This document shows, one piece after another, positions 1-13,383 of a DNA stretch of 64,000 nt. Each line of letters opens with the position of its first letter. Position 1 is the stretch's first letter. This stretch comes from Octopus vulgaris. Lineage: Eukaryota. The notes under the pieces were generated by a model that did not search any database, was not told the origin of the DNA, and was given only the letters and a program-made list of their open reading frames with translations. The DNA lies in contig OX597821.1 in the NCBI GenBank assembly GCA_951406725.2, positions 35,154,001 to 35,218,000 on the forward strand, read 5' to 3'. A program made the translations under genes and the position numbers.

Positions 1-330
1 TTAATTCAAATTCCCAGATATTTTTATATTCATTTAAAGAAATGCATCTGTTTTCTGTTTAGCTCAGATGAAACAAAACATTTCTTTCTTTGAAATTCCA
101 GCAATATTTCAGGGAGAATCTTGTTCACATAATCTTGAACAAAAGGATTGTTACACAGATATGCAGACGTGTTGAAGAGAGGAGGGGAAGAATATCTACG
201 TGGAATGAGTATAGCTTGATGTTTTGTGAAGTCTTTAGAGTATATTCTGTTACATTCCTGGAAGTCTGAGAAGTCAGAATTATTTATCAGAAACATATTG
301 AGTAAACCTCGCGGAAACATCTTGCTGGCG

Positions 331-414
<84 letters not shown>

Positions 415-489
415 TTACTGCTTTTACCGCTGCTGCCATTAGTACCACCGCTGCTGCTGCTACCACTACCACTACTAATAATGTGTATG

Positions 490-582
<93 letters not shown>

Positions 583-655
583 GTGCCGCTATTGCTACTG
601 CTGCTGTTGCCACTGCTGCTACTGCTGCTGTTGCCGCTGCTGCTTCTGCTCTTGT
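331..655. repeat. Compound trinucleotide microsatellite (CTA)n/(CTG)n
   Basis: Seen directly; it produces the poly-L/V/T/A ORFs at 226-730. Confidence 0.95.
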
Positions 656-989
656 TATGAAGGAGTTGACATAGGCTTCATGTTGGCGATCGAGCTGATA
701 GAAATAAGAGTCATTTTCCCCTAAAATCAAAAGACAGGATGGTCTCAGCTAGAATGACTTTGACCATTGGTCTGCTTGTTCGAGGAAGACTTGAAGAAAA
801 GCAACAAAAACAACAGCAACAACTTGTCGACGAGATAACGGATTACGTGGATACTAGGCTCATGTGAACTGTCTTAAAAAAGGAACACATCGCACATTGT
901 TGTCAAAGACAATCGTGATCAAACGCCTGTTCTATCAGTACTGATCGGCTACTTAACATCTGTTTCGATATTAGTCTGTATGTATTTAA

Positions 990-1190
990 TTCAAATTTTG
1001 ACACAAGGCCAACAATTTCGGGGGAAGAGGTAAGTCGATTACATTGCCCCCAGGGCTCAGCTGATTTTATCGACCTCGAGCTGATGAAAGGCAAAGTTGA
1101 TTCCGGTGGCATTTGAACTCAGAACGTGAAAACGGACCAAATAACGCTTGGTATTTTGCCCGGCGTTGTATCGATTCGGCCGCCTAGATC
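990..1190 (-). mobile_element. Degraded SINE family A copy
   Basis: Reverse complement of the core GCCTTTCATC..GTCGATAAA plus ATTTGAACTCAGAACGT; same family as 8078-8309. Confidence 0.75.
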
Positions 1191-1560
1191 CTTTTTAGTC
1201 TGTATATATTACTCAATCATTGCAGCTACTTTTATATAAGAAATCATTATAGGAAAGCTAAGAAAACGATAATGGTTAGCATTCAGTGGAAATGGAAGTA
1301 CGCTTATTGACCAAGTTATCCAGGAAAAGATTATGGCATTAAATGTAGAAGTTTTTTCTCATCTCACTTACTATCCTGAACTTGCTCGGTCTGACCTCGC
1401 CGAGGTCAAATTTGTGTTTCATCCCTCTGGGGTCAATCAGATTACTGAATATCTCGGCGGGCTTTGATCGTAGTCCATAAAAAATCACCATGATGTATTG
1501 TGTTCGAGGCTTTAATGACTCTTACACTCGCACCACTAAAAATTCAGCTAAAAATATTAG

Positions 1561-1770
1561 TTTCAAATGTTGGCACAAGACCAGCAATTTCGGGGATGGA
1601 GTTAAGTCGATTATATCAACCCCATTGCTCAACTGGTACCTATTTTACGGGCCCCAAAAGGATGAAAGTCAATATCGATCTCGGTAGAATTAGAACTCAG
1701 AACGTAAAGACGGCGAAACGCCGCTGAGCGTTTTGCCCGTTGCGCTAATGATTTCACTAGGTCACCGTCT
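1561..1770 (-). mobile_element. Degraded SINE family A copy
   Basis: Contains AAGTCGATTATATCAACCCC..AAAGGATGAAAG..GAACTCAGAACGTAAAGACGG. Confidence 0.8.
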
Positions 1771-2526
1771 TATGCAGCTAGAAATATTAAGTGAGGGATT
1801 CGTTGATTAAATTGACCCTAGTACTAAATTGTATGGGCCTGCGAAAGGTGAAAGGCAAAATTGCTCTCAGGGAGAGTTGAATTCAAAACATAGAGTTGTA
1901 AAACAATACCTCATGTCATATTGTCCAACACTCAGATAATGGTTTTCTGTAACATAAAAGGGAATCCTTTTCAGGAGAGTTTAATAGGCTAAAATTGAAC
2001 TCACTTCGTGAAAGGTATTTGTTTTGTCGAACTCAAGAGAGTGGAATTAAAAGTTGATCAAGATGAAATTTGACCTCAGCTCTTAGAGAAACGTAATTTA
2101 ACACCCAAGAAATCTATGTTCACCGCGCTACCAATTGTACCACAAATAAAGTGATAAATTTAACCTAGGACTAGAATAACTAATCTGGTGCAACCCGTTA
2201 GGGAAAGTATACCTGTTGAATACAAATAACTATTTTAATAACCAATACACTGACGGCTATTTCAGTTATAGTAACAATGTAAATGCCTATCATATTCATT
2301 TTAGCATATTTACTGCCTAACATCAGATTTGTTTCTAAAGTATGGGAAGAAAGTACTCTATGATGACATCATGCCTGCCGGGCAAAGCTTAGAAAATTCA
2401 GTCTAGCACTCACTCGCTGGCCAATGATAAGAGGTCAGGCCGATGGCTGAAATTCTGTAACCATTAAAAAAAACCCCAGTTTACCAGCATTTACCTTCGA
2501 GTAGGTACCGTGAAAAATTGGAATAG

Positions 2527-2529
<3 letters not shown>

Positions 2530-2598
<69 letters not shown>

Positions 2599-2704
2599 GC
2601 TCAGCCTTAAATTAATAATTATCTATCTATCTATCCATCTATCCATCGATCCATCCATCCATCCATCCATCCATCCATCCATCCATCCATCCATCCATCC
2701 ATCC

Positions 2705-2757
<53 letters not shown>
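2530..2757. repeat. (AG)n followed by (ATCC/ATCT)n microsatellites
   Basis: Seen directly. Confidence 0.95.
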
Positions 2758-3079
2758 CGATGCTCTCTCTCTCAATACACAGACACACACCACACATACT
2801 AACGAACAATCAAATACATACACTAACGCTTGCACACAATTATTTCATTCTTAAATTTTTGCACAGTTACTTAAAGCAATGACTATGGAAAAACTACAGG
2901 AAAAAACTTATCTTTGATATCACGATACAGCTAGAGGGTAAAATAAATAAACGTGTGTATATAGTGTATGTACACATATAAACAAGTCTGCATATCTATT
3001 CTATATTTTCGTATAGATATACATACAAAAATGTATGTATTACACACACGCACACACACACACACACACACAGCCACAG

Positions 3080-3110
<31 letters not shown>

Positions 3111-3476
3111 CGCTATCATAGAAAAACAAAATCCTATTCCTAATGATTACATAGATACTTATGCAGACACACAGAAACGAACGCTCTTATGTACAAAGGA
3201 CATGAAACGTTTCTACTTCTAGTTAACATTCATGAACGAACGCAGTTTCTTTCTCTGGTGCTAGTTTCATACTAGTCTGTTATTACTGTTATTATAGCAA
3301 ACCTAGTTACCTCAGCCTCAAGCATTCTGTCAATTGATGTGATTGCACTGTAGCTATTCCATGTTTATAGACATAACATTATAACGGTTGTTTTGAGAAA
3401 TACACATGCCAATGTGTATTCATGCATCTTATTTGTAATTATAAGATAAAACTAGATAAAATGCGACGGGGGGAAA

Positions 3477-3523
<47 letters not shown>

Positions 3524-3779
3524 ATGATAGTAGCGATGTGGTTTACAGAAGAATGATATATTATTTTTTTTTACTTTGGCACAAGGCCACACATTTTTTC
3601 TGAGGGTGTAGCCTATCAAAACGACCCTATTATTAGACTGGTGCATTCTCTATAAGAAAAGGGAAAAGTAAGGTCGACCCACCTGGATTTGAGCTCAGAA
3701 ATTAAAGGGGCGTAACTGAGAACTACGAACCGTAGCAGTGCATTTTTCTATTATATTAAAATCGGCAATAAAACTAACT

Positions 3780-4095
3780 AGTCGTTTCTACTATAGGCAC
3801 AAAACGTGAAATCTGGGAGAGGAGCTAGTCGATTACGTCGACCCAAGTACATGACTGGTACTGATTTTATCAACCTCGAAAGGATGAAAGGCAAAGTCGA
3901 TCTCGGCAGAATTTGGCAATAAAACTAATAATGGTTTCAAATTTTGGCACAAAAGTGTCAGCAATTTCGCAAGAGGGGCTAAGTCGATTACATCGACCCT
4001 TGTACTCAACTGGTGCTTATTCTATCGACTCCGAAAGGATAAATGACAAAGTCGACCTCGACGGAATTTGTACTCGGAATATAAAGTCGGACGCA
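3780..4095 (-). mobile_element. Two adjacent degraded SINE family A fragments
   Basis: GTCGATTAC..GAAAGGATGAAAGGCAAAGTCGA occurs twice (3780-3915 and 3933-4095). Confidence 0.75.
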
Positions 4096-4167
4096 ATGTT
4101 AATCCCAATAAATGTGTTGAGTGTTCTTCTTTCATTTGTCAACATACTCCTATATGTGTGTGTGTAT

Positions 4168-4229
<62 letters not shown>

Positions 4230-6494
4230 ACATGCATATATACACATCGAAAGTGTACAATAAACTTTCGATTTAGTAGCTTTCGAATAAGTGGACTGAA
4301 TATTACTAATACTAATATAATCTCTGTATAATAACCGACATAAATGTTAGTCGGTTGATTGATTGTACACGTTGTGGAATGAGAGAGAGAGAGAACAACA
4401 GAGAAATACAGAGATAGCATATTAACATAGTCGGTGGAGGATAAATGCTCATCCTGGGCTGGTGGTTGGCTACGAGTATAAGGAACACTATACACACACA
4501 ATGAGAGAAATAATCATGGAGAATAGAGAAAGAGGACATGTTTGATATAAATTTTTGTAGAGATAGACTTTCGATGTAGTAAATCGTATTAATGTGGATA
4601 AAAATTATTTAGAGTATGGACAGATATTAAGTTTTATATATATATACAGACTTGTCCACATTCATGGATGGCAGTCCCTCAAAATCATAGGAGAGCCTAA
4701 GAGTTTTGACAAGCTTCTGAAACGACAACGTACGCTTATCTTACTCCATCATCCAAAAGCAAATTAAGGGTCAGTATACTCTGAACCACGTTAATCATTC
4801 TCACTCGTCTTTCATAAAATATACTGGTATTCATTCTTATCTTTCTATCTAGTAATACTTGAAGATGTTGAAGTAGATTTTAGAACATCGTAACACGTCC
4901 TTCATCAAAGCCCTCTTATCATAGCAAGGTGAAAGAACGATATTTCGGTCATTGACATGTGCATCAAGGCAAATTTCATAATTTTCATCACTTCTTAGCT
5001 GATGGCAAAACTGATGTCTATAGAACTTGATGGAATAATGCACTGTCAGCCATAAACGTTAAGAATTTATTCATAATTCAGGACAAAATCCTCCCTACAA
5101 TCTCTTCAGTACACCTCTTTAGCCTTGCATATTATCAAAAGAACATCGTTTCTCATACTATCCATTAACCTTTATAGATTGCAAGAATTAATGGTTCGGC
5201 TTGTGGTGGGCTTTGACATCTTGACAACACACCAGACGCAAAAAAGAAACAACAAAACATCACGTGTTACACTTGAGTAAGGACTGCGACTTGAGAAGTC
5301 GAGCAAGGTAAAGACGACCATTATACTATTCACTTCGTACATATCGGAACTTCATCTACCGTCGTGAAATTTGAGAATCTTCGGAATTGTTTTTTTTTTT
5401 TTTGGTAGCTGTTAGATTCGAAGATTAGCAGATTGTGTTCCCTTCACAACAAGCGAAAGAACAGACACTTTTAGCTGTTCGTACCACTTTCTGCCTTTTC
5501 TGTAGCGAACAGTTTAGACTGAATTAAACTCCAGTACTTTAACCAGACTTTTCACGATAGGCAGTGACCTGTATGGAGTTCCTCCTCAGCGTGTCGATTA
5601 ATATTTTCATTCATTTGTTCTGTTTTATCAAAATATAGCTGCCTGGTTAAGAAGTTAAAATCGCAACTTACTGTTTTGGGTTTGTACGGAATGTTTGGTA
5701 AGGGTTAGTTCAGATCTTGAGTTAAGAACACTTCTAGGACCTGAATGATGCAGTGCATTGAAGTTAGTTGTTAATTATACTCTGACGAGGGTTGAACATT
5801 CAGAGATATTCAGGAGTTGGGAAATATTTCTGGCGGCATCTACGTCTTTGTGGTTGTAGTATATTACACACACGTCAAGATAGTAAATAAATTGCAGATA
5901 GAAAAAAGGAGGGTGTGAAAATGTCTTAAAATTGACGAGGATGTTTCAAAAGATATCAAATTAGTTTCCCAAATAAACCAATTTGGAATTGGGCAAATCG
6001 CACTGCATCATCCATAATAAAAAAAAGAAAGAAAAATGGGATAGTCATATTAACAACATCAAAACACTTCCCAAAAGCGTAACAGTTGTCAACTGAATCA
6101 GAACTATTATTCCATCTTTAGTTTGTAATTGAAAGTGAAAGGAAGGTTCTAAATTATAATTCAAGTTATGTAAACAGTATTCATCCAATTTTCATAACAA
6201 CAAACCAAAGTGATATTTTCCCCCTACCACACTTTCAATTGTACGTGTACTTACAGAAGTTGGTGAAAACTTCCTGAACGAGGAACACAGCTGACTTCAT
6301 TACTTTTCCTTAAACCCTTGACATTATTTTTTTTATAGTGATCTCAGCCCTGGAGTCAATGGGAAGTTATCTCTCCGCTAGCGATATAAACAAACGCTTT
6401 TCTCATGGTATCCTCAGTAAAATTTGTTCCAACATAATATCCGCGTTTAAGTGGGAATAAATTATTGCTTTAATCATAGCTAGACAGAACCATA

Positions 6495-6900
6495 TTATTT
6501 CTTTATTGCCCGCAAGGGTCTAAACATAAAGGGGACAAACAAGGACAGACAACGGGATTAAGTCGATTACATCCACCCTAGTGTGTAACTGGTACTTAAT
6601 TTATCGACCCCGAAAGGATGAAAAGCAAAATCGGACTCGGCAGAATTTGAACTCAGAACGTAGCGGCAGACGAAATACCTATTTCTTTACTACCCACAAG
6701 GGGCTAAACACAGAGAGGACAAACAAGGACAGACAAACGGATTAAATCGATTATATCGACCCCAGTGCGTAACTGGTACTTAATTTATCGACCCCGAAAG
6801 GATGAAAGGCAAAGTCGACCTCGGCAGAATTTGAACTCAGAACGTAACGGTTGACGAAATACGGCTACGCATTTCGCCCGGCGTGCTAACGTTTCTGCTA
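6495..6900 (-). mobile_element. Dimeric SINE family A (two cores head to tail)
   Basis: Two tandem core+tail units joined by CGAAATACCTATTTCTTTACTACCCACAAG, the same junction as at 15238. Confidence 0.9.
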
Positions 6901-6959
6901 TCTTGCCAACTAGAAACCGCCAGTTGATTCTCACGACGGACTTACCTTACATCATCAAT

Positions 6960-7215
6960 AAGATGGCGAAAGTGAGGGACAATGAAATAAAACCAGCTAA
7001 TGTAACATTAATGCCCAAGTCAAGCATGTGTATGTCAGTGTCTACAGCAAAAACGTCATTGAGGATTCTGGGCCAAATGCATGCAAGAGAAGGAACACTA
7101 CAGGAAACGACCAGCTTGTACCAGAAACTATTTAACACAATCTCAAAAGAGAGAAAGAGCCGTAATCGTAAGATATTTAGATGGAGGTCAGTTTTATCGT
7201 CCTTATCGCACCAGT
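6960..7215 (+). pseudogene. Possible Merlin (IS1016/IS1595-like) transposase C-terminal remnant
   Basis: Frameshifted translation KNVIE(G)FWA..VRYLDGGQFYR resembles the Merlin TNxIEGFW...YLDEFxFR region; paralogous segment at 9700-9900. Confidence 0.35.
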
Positions 7216-7448
7216 GATACTGGTGGTTTTATCAGTAAGCTCATAATCAACTTTGAAACATATTCCCACATTCACACACACACATTCGTATGCGTAGGAA
7301 GGAATGCTGAAAGGTTCCGGGCTTTAAGGGTATCATGAAAGGCCTGGTTTAGAGCACCAACCTTCCGAGTTCTTTTACAAAATCCGACAGACCACTGCAA
7401 TGAGTGTGTGAATGTGAGAGGGGAATATGTTGATTAAAATTATAATTA

Positions 7449-7836
7449 GGCGCAGGAGTGGCTGTGTGGTAAGTAGCTTGCTAACCAACCACATGGTTCC
7501 GGGTTCAGTCCCACTGCGTGGCATCTTGGGCAAGCGTCTTCTACTATAGCCTTGGGCCGACCAACGCATTGTGAGTGGATTTGGTATACGGAAACTGAAA
7601 GAAGCCTGTCGTATATATGTGTGTGTGTAGTATGTTTGTGTGTCTGTGTTTGTCCCCCTAGCATTGCTTGACAACCGATGCTGGTGTGTTTATGTCCCCG
7701 TTACTTAGCGGTTCGGCAAAAGAGACCGATAGAATAAGTACTGGGCTTACAAAGAATAAGTCCCGGGGTCGATTTGCTCGACTAAAGGCGGTGTTCCAGC
7801 ATGGCCGCAGTCAAATGACTGAAACGAGTAAAAAAG
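7449..7836 (+). mobile_element. SINE family B (tRNA-derived head, CORE-like CTTGGGCAAG, internal TA/TG tract, RTE-like tail)
   Basis: Head GGCGCAGGAGTGGCTGTGTGG..GGTTCAGTCCC (A/B-box-like); tail CAGCATGGCCGCAGTCAAATGACTGAAAC; at least 5 similar copies in the window. Confidence 0.92.
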
Positions 7837-8077
7837 CATAAAAAAACTGATGCTTCTAGAATTTCTTTAACCCAAAGTCACGATCTGTTTAGCAACTTCT
7901 CGTACACACATATACATCGTAGTGGGATGACAGATGTGTTAAGAAGTTTGCTTCGCAAACAAGACAATCCGATTTCGATCCCATTTTAATGGGCCTGCGT
8001 CGCTTAACCTTAGACTGGAGTGCACACAAGCATTGGCAGGACAGAAACTGTAGTTCTTCAAACAGGTGACATATTCT

Positions 8078-8309
8078 TATTTCTTTACTACCCACAAGGG
8101 GCTAAACACAGAGGGGACAAACAAGGACGGACAAACGGATTAAGTCGATTACATCGACCCCAGTGCGTAACTGGTACTTAATTTATCGACCCCGAAAGGA
8201 TGAAAGACAAAGTCGACCTCGGCGGGATTTGAACTCAGAACGTAACGGCAGACGAAATACGGCTACGCGTTTCGCCCGGCGTGCTAACGTTTCTGCCAGC
8301 TCGCCGCCT
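8078..8309 (-). mobile_element. Full-length young SINE family A with 11-bp TSD
   Basis: TSD TGACATATTCT at 8067-8077 and 8310-8320; starts GGCGGCGAGCTGGCAGAAACGTTAGC on the minus strand. Confidence 0.95.
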
Positions 8310-8633
8310 TGACATATTCTATTGAAAGGTCTACTTTCGTCACACTAATCACATTACTTCTATTTGATAATTACATTAATCTTAGACGTGTCTATGGAAT
8401 ATTCCGGTAAGTGAATTACGCCCGCTAGCTGTTCGAAGACGCTTCACGCCGAAATCGGCTGGTTAGTTCCACCCCGCTAAACACATATCCTTTCTCCTAC
8501 TAACACTATTAACTTCTTATGGTAGCATTAAATTGCAACATTATTACTAAATTCTTAGTGCTGTTCTATATTTTTGAGATAAGGAATTCTGTCCATTATT
8601 TACATTATTTACATTGTAAATAATGTAAATTCT

Positions 8634-8668
8634 TAGTCTTCATTAGCACAAGCGAAACCGGTCGACTA
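8634..8668 (+). ncRNA. Degenerate minimal hammerhead-like motif
   Basis: Stem I UAGUC/GACUA, GAAA, palindrome ACCGGU, GUC triplet; the 5' core has decayed to UUCAUUA. Confidence 0.35.
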
Positions 8669-8677
8669 CGTACATAT

Positions 8678-8740
<63 letters not shown>

Positions 8741-9036
8741 AGAAAAAAAACGAAATACAGGACAATAACACATCCAAATAGATAGACGATAAGAGGCGAA
8801 CAGGAAAAACAACGAATAGAGGGACAGGAAAAAAAGGATGGGTCGTAGTCGTCTCTCCTCCGTCAAGTTTCTAGATTGTCCCTACAGTTTCGGGCAGTTA
8901 CACGTGAGACTGTTCAAATATATAAATATATTGTCCAACATAAAATTTCATTGCATTTTCCTTCTTTTTATATTTTTCACTACAATTTGGTGCGCTGAAA
9001 AATTAATTTTTACTGAACCTTTAAACTATATATATG

Positions 9037-9115
<79 letters not shown>

Positions 9116-9699
9116 AAGAAGGAGAAAGATATATATATATATATATATATTTGGTTATGTACATATACCGTATATTTATATATATACATACGCACATATA
9201 CACACGTATATAGGTGGGGTGAGATTGAGAGAGAGAGAAAGAAAAAGCGAGGGAAAAAGACAGAAAATGGAGAAAAGAAAAAAGTACTAAACATATGTTT
9301 ATACACTCCTAATTTAGATGGGATTTTTTGTTTAAACATCCATCCTAGCGTGTATGAGCAAGACTGAGTTTCTAAAACTTTTACAACATGGGAAATAAAT
9401 ATGAACAGCCAAGTTTATACTCGCAGCTTTCAGCAAAGGGTTTCTCTCTTTCTTTTTCTCTCTATCTTTCACTCTCTCTGTATGCTAATGTGCGTGGGTG
9501 CGCATGTTTATTTGGGTGTATGTAAAATTAAAAAAATTATATATGGCAACTGAATAGGTTTTTGCGTATATAATATAATGTAATAGAATACAATACAATA
9601 CAATGTAAAATGATATTGGATGATACAAAGCACACACGCACACACACATTCTCACACGCATATTCAGCAAATAAAACAAACTGACTGATCCTTTAAGAG

Positions 9700-9900
9700 A
9701 ATCAACCAACTGGTTGCAAGCTGTCTCATACCAGTGAGGTCAACGCAACACTCACGCTCAAGTCGAGCATGCGTATACCGGTGTCTACCACAAAAACGCC
9801 ATTGAGGATTCTGGGCCAAAGACATGCAACGGAATGAACACTACAGGGAAGTCAACTAGGCAGAACGCGAAACTTGACCACCAGAAAGAATAAGAGGTCA
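9700..9900 (+). pseudogene. Second possible Merlin transposase remnant
   Basis: SHTSEVN..TGVYHKNAIE(G)FWAK, needing a frameshift; similar to 6990-7110. Confidence 0.35.
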
Positions 9901-9925
9901 TCAGAATTATAACGAATCAAAAATC

Positions 9926-10368
9926 GGATCTTTTCGACTTGAACGGAAGTTTTTAACATAATTTCTAGGTAACTAAAAAATTTTAAACTTCGTATACTGG
10001 TAGAATGTGTTTATAAAACATCTTTTTCTCTTGGCTTTATTGAGAAAATTCTATAGTTTGTAAGATATTTGTTGTTTTTTTTCCTTCAATTTCTGCAATT
10101 TCAACCAATCACTGACGTATTTGAGGTAAAAAACATTCCGTGCCGTATGAATATGTCCCTCGTTTAAGAAACAGATTAGGTTTATTTACATTTGTGAAGA
10201 AAAAAAGATACCGTTCTCCCCACCCCTAACCCTAACCCTAACCAACCCTAAATAACCCTAACCCTAAAACAGTTTGAAATGCAATAGATTGATACTAGGG
10301 TCATAATTATGGGTGACAATTTCATATGACACCGCTAGAAAAAACTGCCGTTCAAACCGAAAAGATCC
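9926..10368 (+). mobile_element. MITE with ~29-bp TIRs and internal (CCCTAA)n
   Basis: Ends GGATCTTTTCGACTTGAACGGAAGTTTTT and AAAAACTGCCGTTCAAACCGAAAAGATCC; second copy inverted at 23757-24170; no TSD visible on this copy. Confidence 0.9.
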
Positions 10369-10371
10369 TTT

Positions 10372-10490
10372 CTGATATTATTGAATTTTGTGAACATTTA
10401 ATCATTTAGACATGTTGATCCTCATTTCGCCGATCATTTTTGATATTAATGAATTTTGTGAACATTTAATCATCTAAACATGTCATCTAC
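10372..10490. repeat. Short direct duplication (about 45 bp repeated at 68-bp spacing)
   Basis: TGATATTA(T/A)TGAATTTTGTGAACATTTAATCAT occurs twice. Confidence 0.8.
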
Positions 10491-10740
10491 TTCTCAATTT
10501 TAAGTTTTTAGCATCCCATACGTTTATACAATTGATAAACCAAAATTTGTTGAAACTAGTTTGGTATGTATATAAATAAATTTATTTAAAAACAATTACA
10601 GGTGTTTTTTAAATTCAGGTGCATTTTCAACAACTAATTCTCCAATATTTTTTCCAATATTCTTTTCTTCTATATATATATTCATATGTACTTAAGTAAC
10701 TAATACCGGTACCAAGTCAGAGGTAGAAATAAGAGTGTTG

Positions 10741-10925
10741 TTTATTTCGTCTGCCGTTACGTTCTGAGTTCGAATTCCGCCGAGGTCAACTTTCATCTTT
10801 TCGGGGTCGATAAATTAAGTACTTGTTACGCACTGGGATCGATGTAATCGACTTAATCCCTTTGTCTGTCCTTGTTTGTCCCCTCTATGTTTAGCCCCTT
10901 ATGGGCAATAAAGAAATAAGAAATA
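10741..10925 (+). mobile_element. 5'-truncated SINE family A
   Basis: Core plus tail TGTCCCCTCTATGTTTAGCCCCTTATGGGCAATAAAGAAAT. Confidence 0.9.
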
Positions 10926-10926
10926 G

Positions 10927-11250
10927 GAGGGTTGCGCGCTGGGCCAGCTACTCAGCCCTGTAAGAATTAAGAATCGCTGAGAAAAGGCAGGAGAAATCAC
11001 ATGATCAGTATGAGAAGAAAGGTGGTACAAGAATGACACTAATGATGGGTTCTCGAGAAAGTGGAAGGAAATGTAAGGCCTCAGAGAACCGAATTCTGAG
11101 TGACAAAGATGCTAGAAAGATCAGAACTTGGAATACACAAACCCCGTACCAAACCGGAAAAGCGGCCCGACGTTTGAGAGCTTCATGGAAAATAGTTGGG
11201 CATCTTGAATGTAAGTGACACGAGGTGGATAGTAAACGGGAAAATGAGCA
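10927..11250 (+). mobile_element. RTE-clade LINE 5' remnant (5' UTR and AP-endonuclease N-terminus)
   Basis: KIRTWNTQTPYQTGKAA resembles the RTE motif IGTWNVRTLYQxGK; upstream GGGTTGCGCGCTGGGCCAGCTACTCAGCCCTGTAAGAA is RTE-5'UTR-like. Confidence 0.65.
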
Positions 11251-11823
11251 GCAGAGATAACACCCGCCCTCATATTCATACACACACCTCACACATTCAC
11301 ACTCAGAGGCACCGATTGCGTTGTCCTGAGTAGCGAAGGACTTAAAGCTATATAAAATTACGTTTACTTATGTATATAAGAAGAAAAGAAAGAATAATTT
11401 CGTGGTGAAGTTTCGCCGGTTATTTATTTCCTGGCTTCCTTTTCCGTGTAAAGATAAATTTAATACTCTATTTAAATGTATCGAGTGATTCTTCAATAAA
11501 TGTTTGACTGTTTTGAAATACAGTATTGTATAAAAATATGTGAGTGTGTGTGTGTGTGTGTGTTAAAGAGAGCGAGACGGAGTGTGCGTCTATGTCTGTT
11601 TATATGGGAAATTACGATAAACGGAAGTATATTTTATAATTCCTTTGTATATTTCATCCTTATGGTTACTAAAAACTCTACGTTGGATGTTCCAAGTGCA
11701 TATGGGTATTTGGCAAGAACGGGTCATCAAGGAAAACTTCATTGCAATAAGTTACACAGAACTAAGGTTAAAAACAGGCTAGATGGCAAGACATTTTATA
11801 TGTCTTTTGAAAGGTTAAGAAAT

Positions 11824-12208
11824 GGAAGCACTCCGTCGGTTACGACGACGAGGGTTCCGGTTGATCCGAATCAACGGAACAGCCTGCTCGTGAAATTAAC
11901 GTGTAAGTGGCTGAGCACTCCACAGACACGTGTACCCTTAACGTAGTTCTCGGGGATATTCAGCGTGACACAGAGAGTGACAAGGCCGGCCCTTTGAAAT
12001 ACAAGGTACAACAGAAACAGGAAGTAAGAGTGAGAGAAAGTTGTGGTGAAAGAGTACAGCAGGGATCACCACCATCCCCTGCCGGAGCCTCGTGGAGCTT
12101 TAGGTGTTTCCGCTCAATAAACACTCACAACGCCCAGTCTGGGAATCGAAACCGCAATCCTATGACCGCGAGTCCGCTGCCCTAACCACTGGGTCATTGC
12201 GCCTCCAC
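11824..12208 (-). mobile_element. SINE family C (tRNA-derived) with 11-bp TSD, tail type 1
   Basis: TSD GGTTAAGAAAT at 11813-11823 and 12209-12219; head GGAGGCGCAATGACCCAGTGGTTAGGGC..GGTTTCGATTCCC. Confidence 0.93.
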
Positions 12209-12620
12209 GGTTAAGAAATAGAAAGTAACTGGTTTGAGAAAGAATAAGAGGAACTAAGAAACAAGGGGTGAGTGAAAGACAGATGGAGAAGACAGACAGA
12301 GAATAGAGAAAAACAAAAGAGATTTAGGAAAAAGAGATGGAAAGGGACCAGGAAGAGGGAAAAAGAAAAAAAGGCAAGATGAAAAGGTTAGTTCCTTTTT
12401 TTATGTGTATATGTATGCATGTATGTATATGTCTATATACATAACCTTAACCCTAAGTATTATATAGAGTAGTACAATGCAATGTTATCAGGGGTCTGGG
12501 AACTTTTTTCACCAATTACTCGAAAATGTATTTATTTACAACGACGTTATCCCCTTGAATAGAATGGAAGAAAATCACAGATTCTGTAAATTCAAAAGGT
12601 TTATTGAAGAAACACATTTC

Positions 12621-12834
12621 TTTTTCTACTCTAGGCACAAGGCCTGAAATTTTAGGGGAGGGAGCCACTCAATTAGATCGATCCCATTACGCAACTGGTA
12701 CTTAATTTATCCACCCCGAAAGGATAAAAGGCAAAGTTGACCTCTGCGGAATTTGAACTCAAAACGTAAAGACAGACGAAGGACCGCTAAGTATTTCGCC
12801 CGGCGTGCTAACGTTTCTGCTAGCTCGCAGCCTT
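12621..12834 (-). mobile_element. SINE family A, alternative tail, imperfect 14-bp TSD
   Basis: AAGAAACACATTTC at 12607-12620 versus AAGGAACGCATTTC at 12835-12848. Confidence 0.88.
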
Positions 12835-12870
12835 AAGGAACGCATTTCCTAATATAATTTTATTGTCTAA

Positions 12871-13383
12871 TCTATATATATAAAACTGTAGTTGTGTGAG
12901 TGTCTGTCCCCTTCGATTTAGATTCCTAACTACTCCCACATTTTGCGGTGCAGTTTAACCAAATTCGGGTATCTTATAGTCGTGATTCATATCGAGCCCG
13001 TCTGAGTATTAGCGCGCGTCTACGATGAGTCTACGATTTTAAAAATAATTTAACATCATTTTTTATTCCATTTTAATGCATAATTTTTCGTGTGTCGATG
13101 GTGGCGGAGTTGGCGTCCATGGTCACACCTGCACCTGTTTGCTTCTCCCTCTTCTTCCCTCCCTCGTGAAGCTGTGGGGAAGGGAGTGTAAGGAAATCAA
13201 CACCGTAAAGCGTTGTCAAGGAGACCAACGTTCTTTTAGAACAACGACTTCATGGCTTGAAGACACCAAAACAGAAATGGCTAAGAAAGCCCGAATTGGC
13301 ATCTATAAGGGAAGTAACTCTCTAAAAATGTTTATATAGTTATTTCCCTTACAAACCCGAGCAACGCCGGGCGATACTGCTAG
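12871..13383 (+). mobile_element. Non-autonomous Helitron (513 bp)
   Basis: 5' TC, 3' hairpin CCCGAGCAACGCCGGG followed by CTAG, inserted between A and T with no TSD; second copy at 15849-16361. Confidence 0.92.

Noticed and set aside
30-320. 96-aa minus-strand ORF, or a plus-strand RLE-like remnant, at the window start
   Set aside because: No recognisable domain or splice support; the resemblance to an RLE is too weak to call.
4849-5043. 64-aa ORF in apparently unique sequence
   Set aside because: No motif recognised; its length is within chance expectation.
5781-5800. CTGACGA here, and CTGATGA (minus) near 47525 and CTGAAGA near 63010, as further hammerheads
   Set aside because: No correctly placed stem II, GAAA and stem I partner.
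10224-10268. (CCCTAA)n as a true telomere or fusion scar
   Set aside because: Only a few units, located inside a MITE with a second copy elsewhere.
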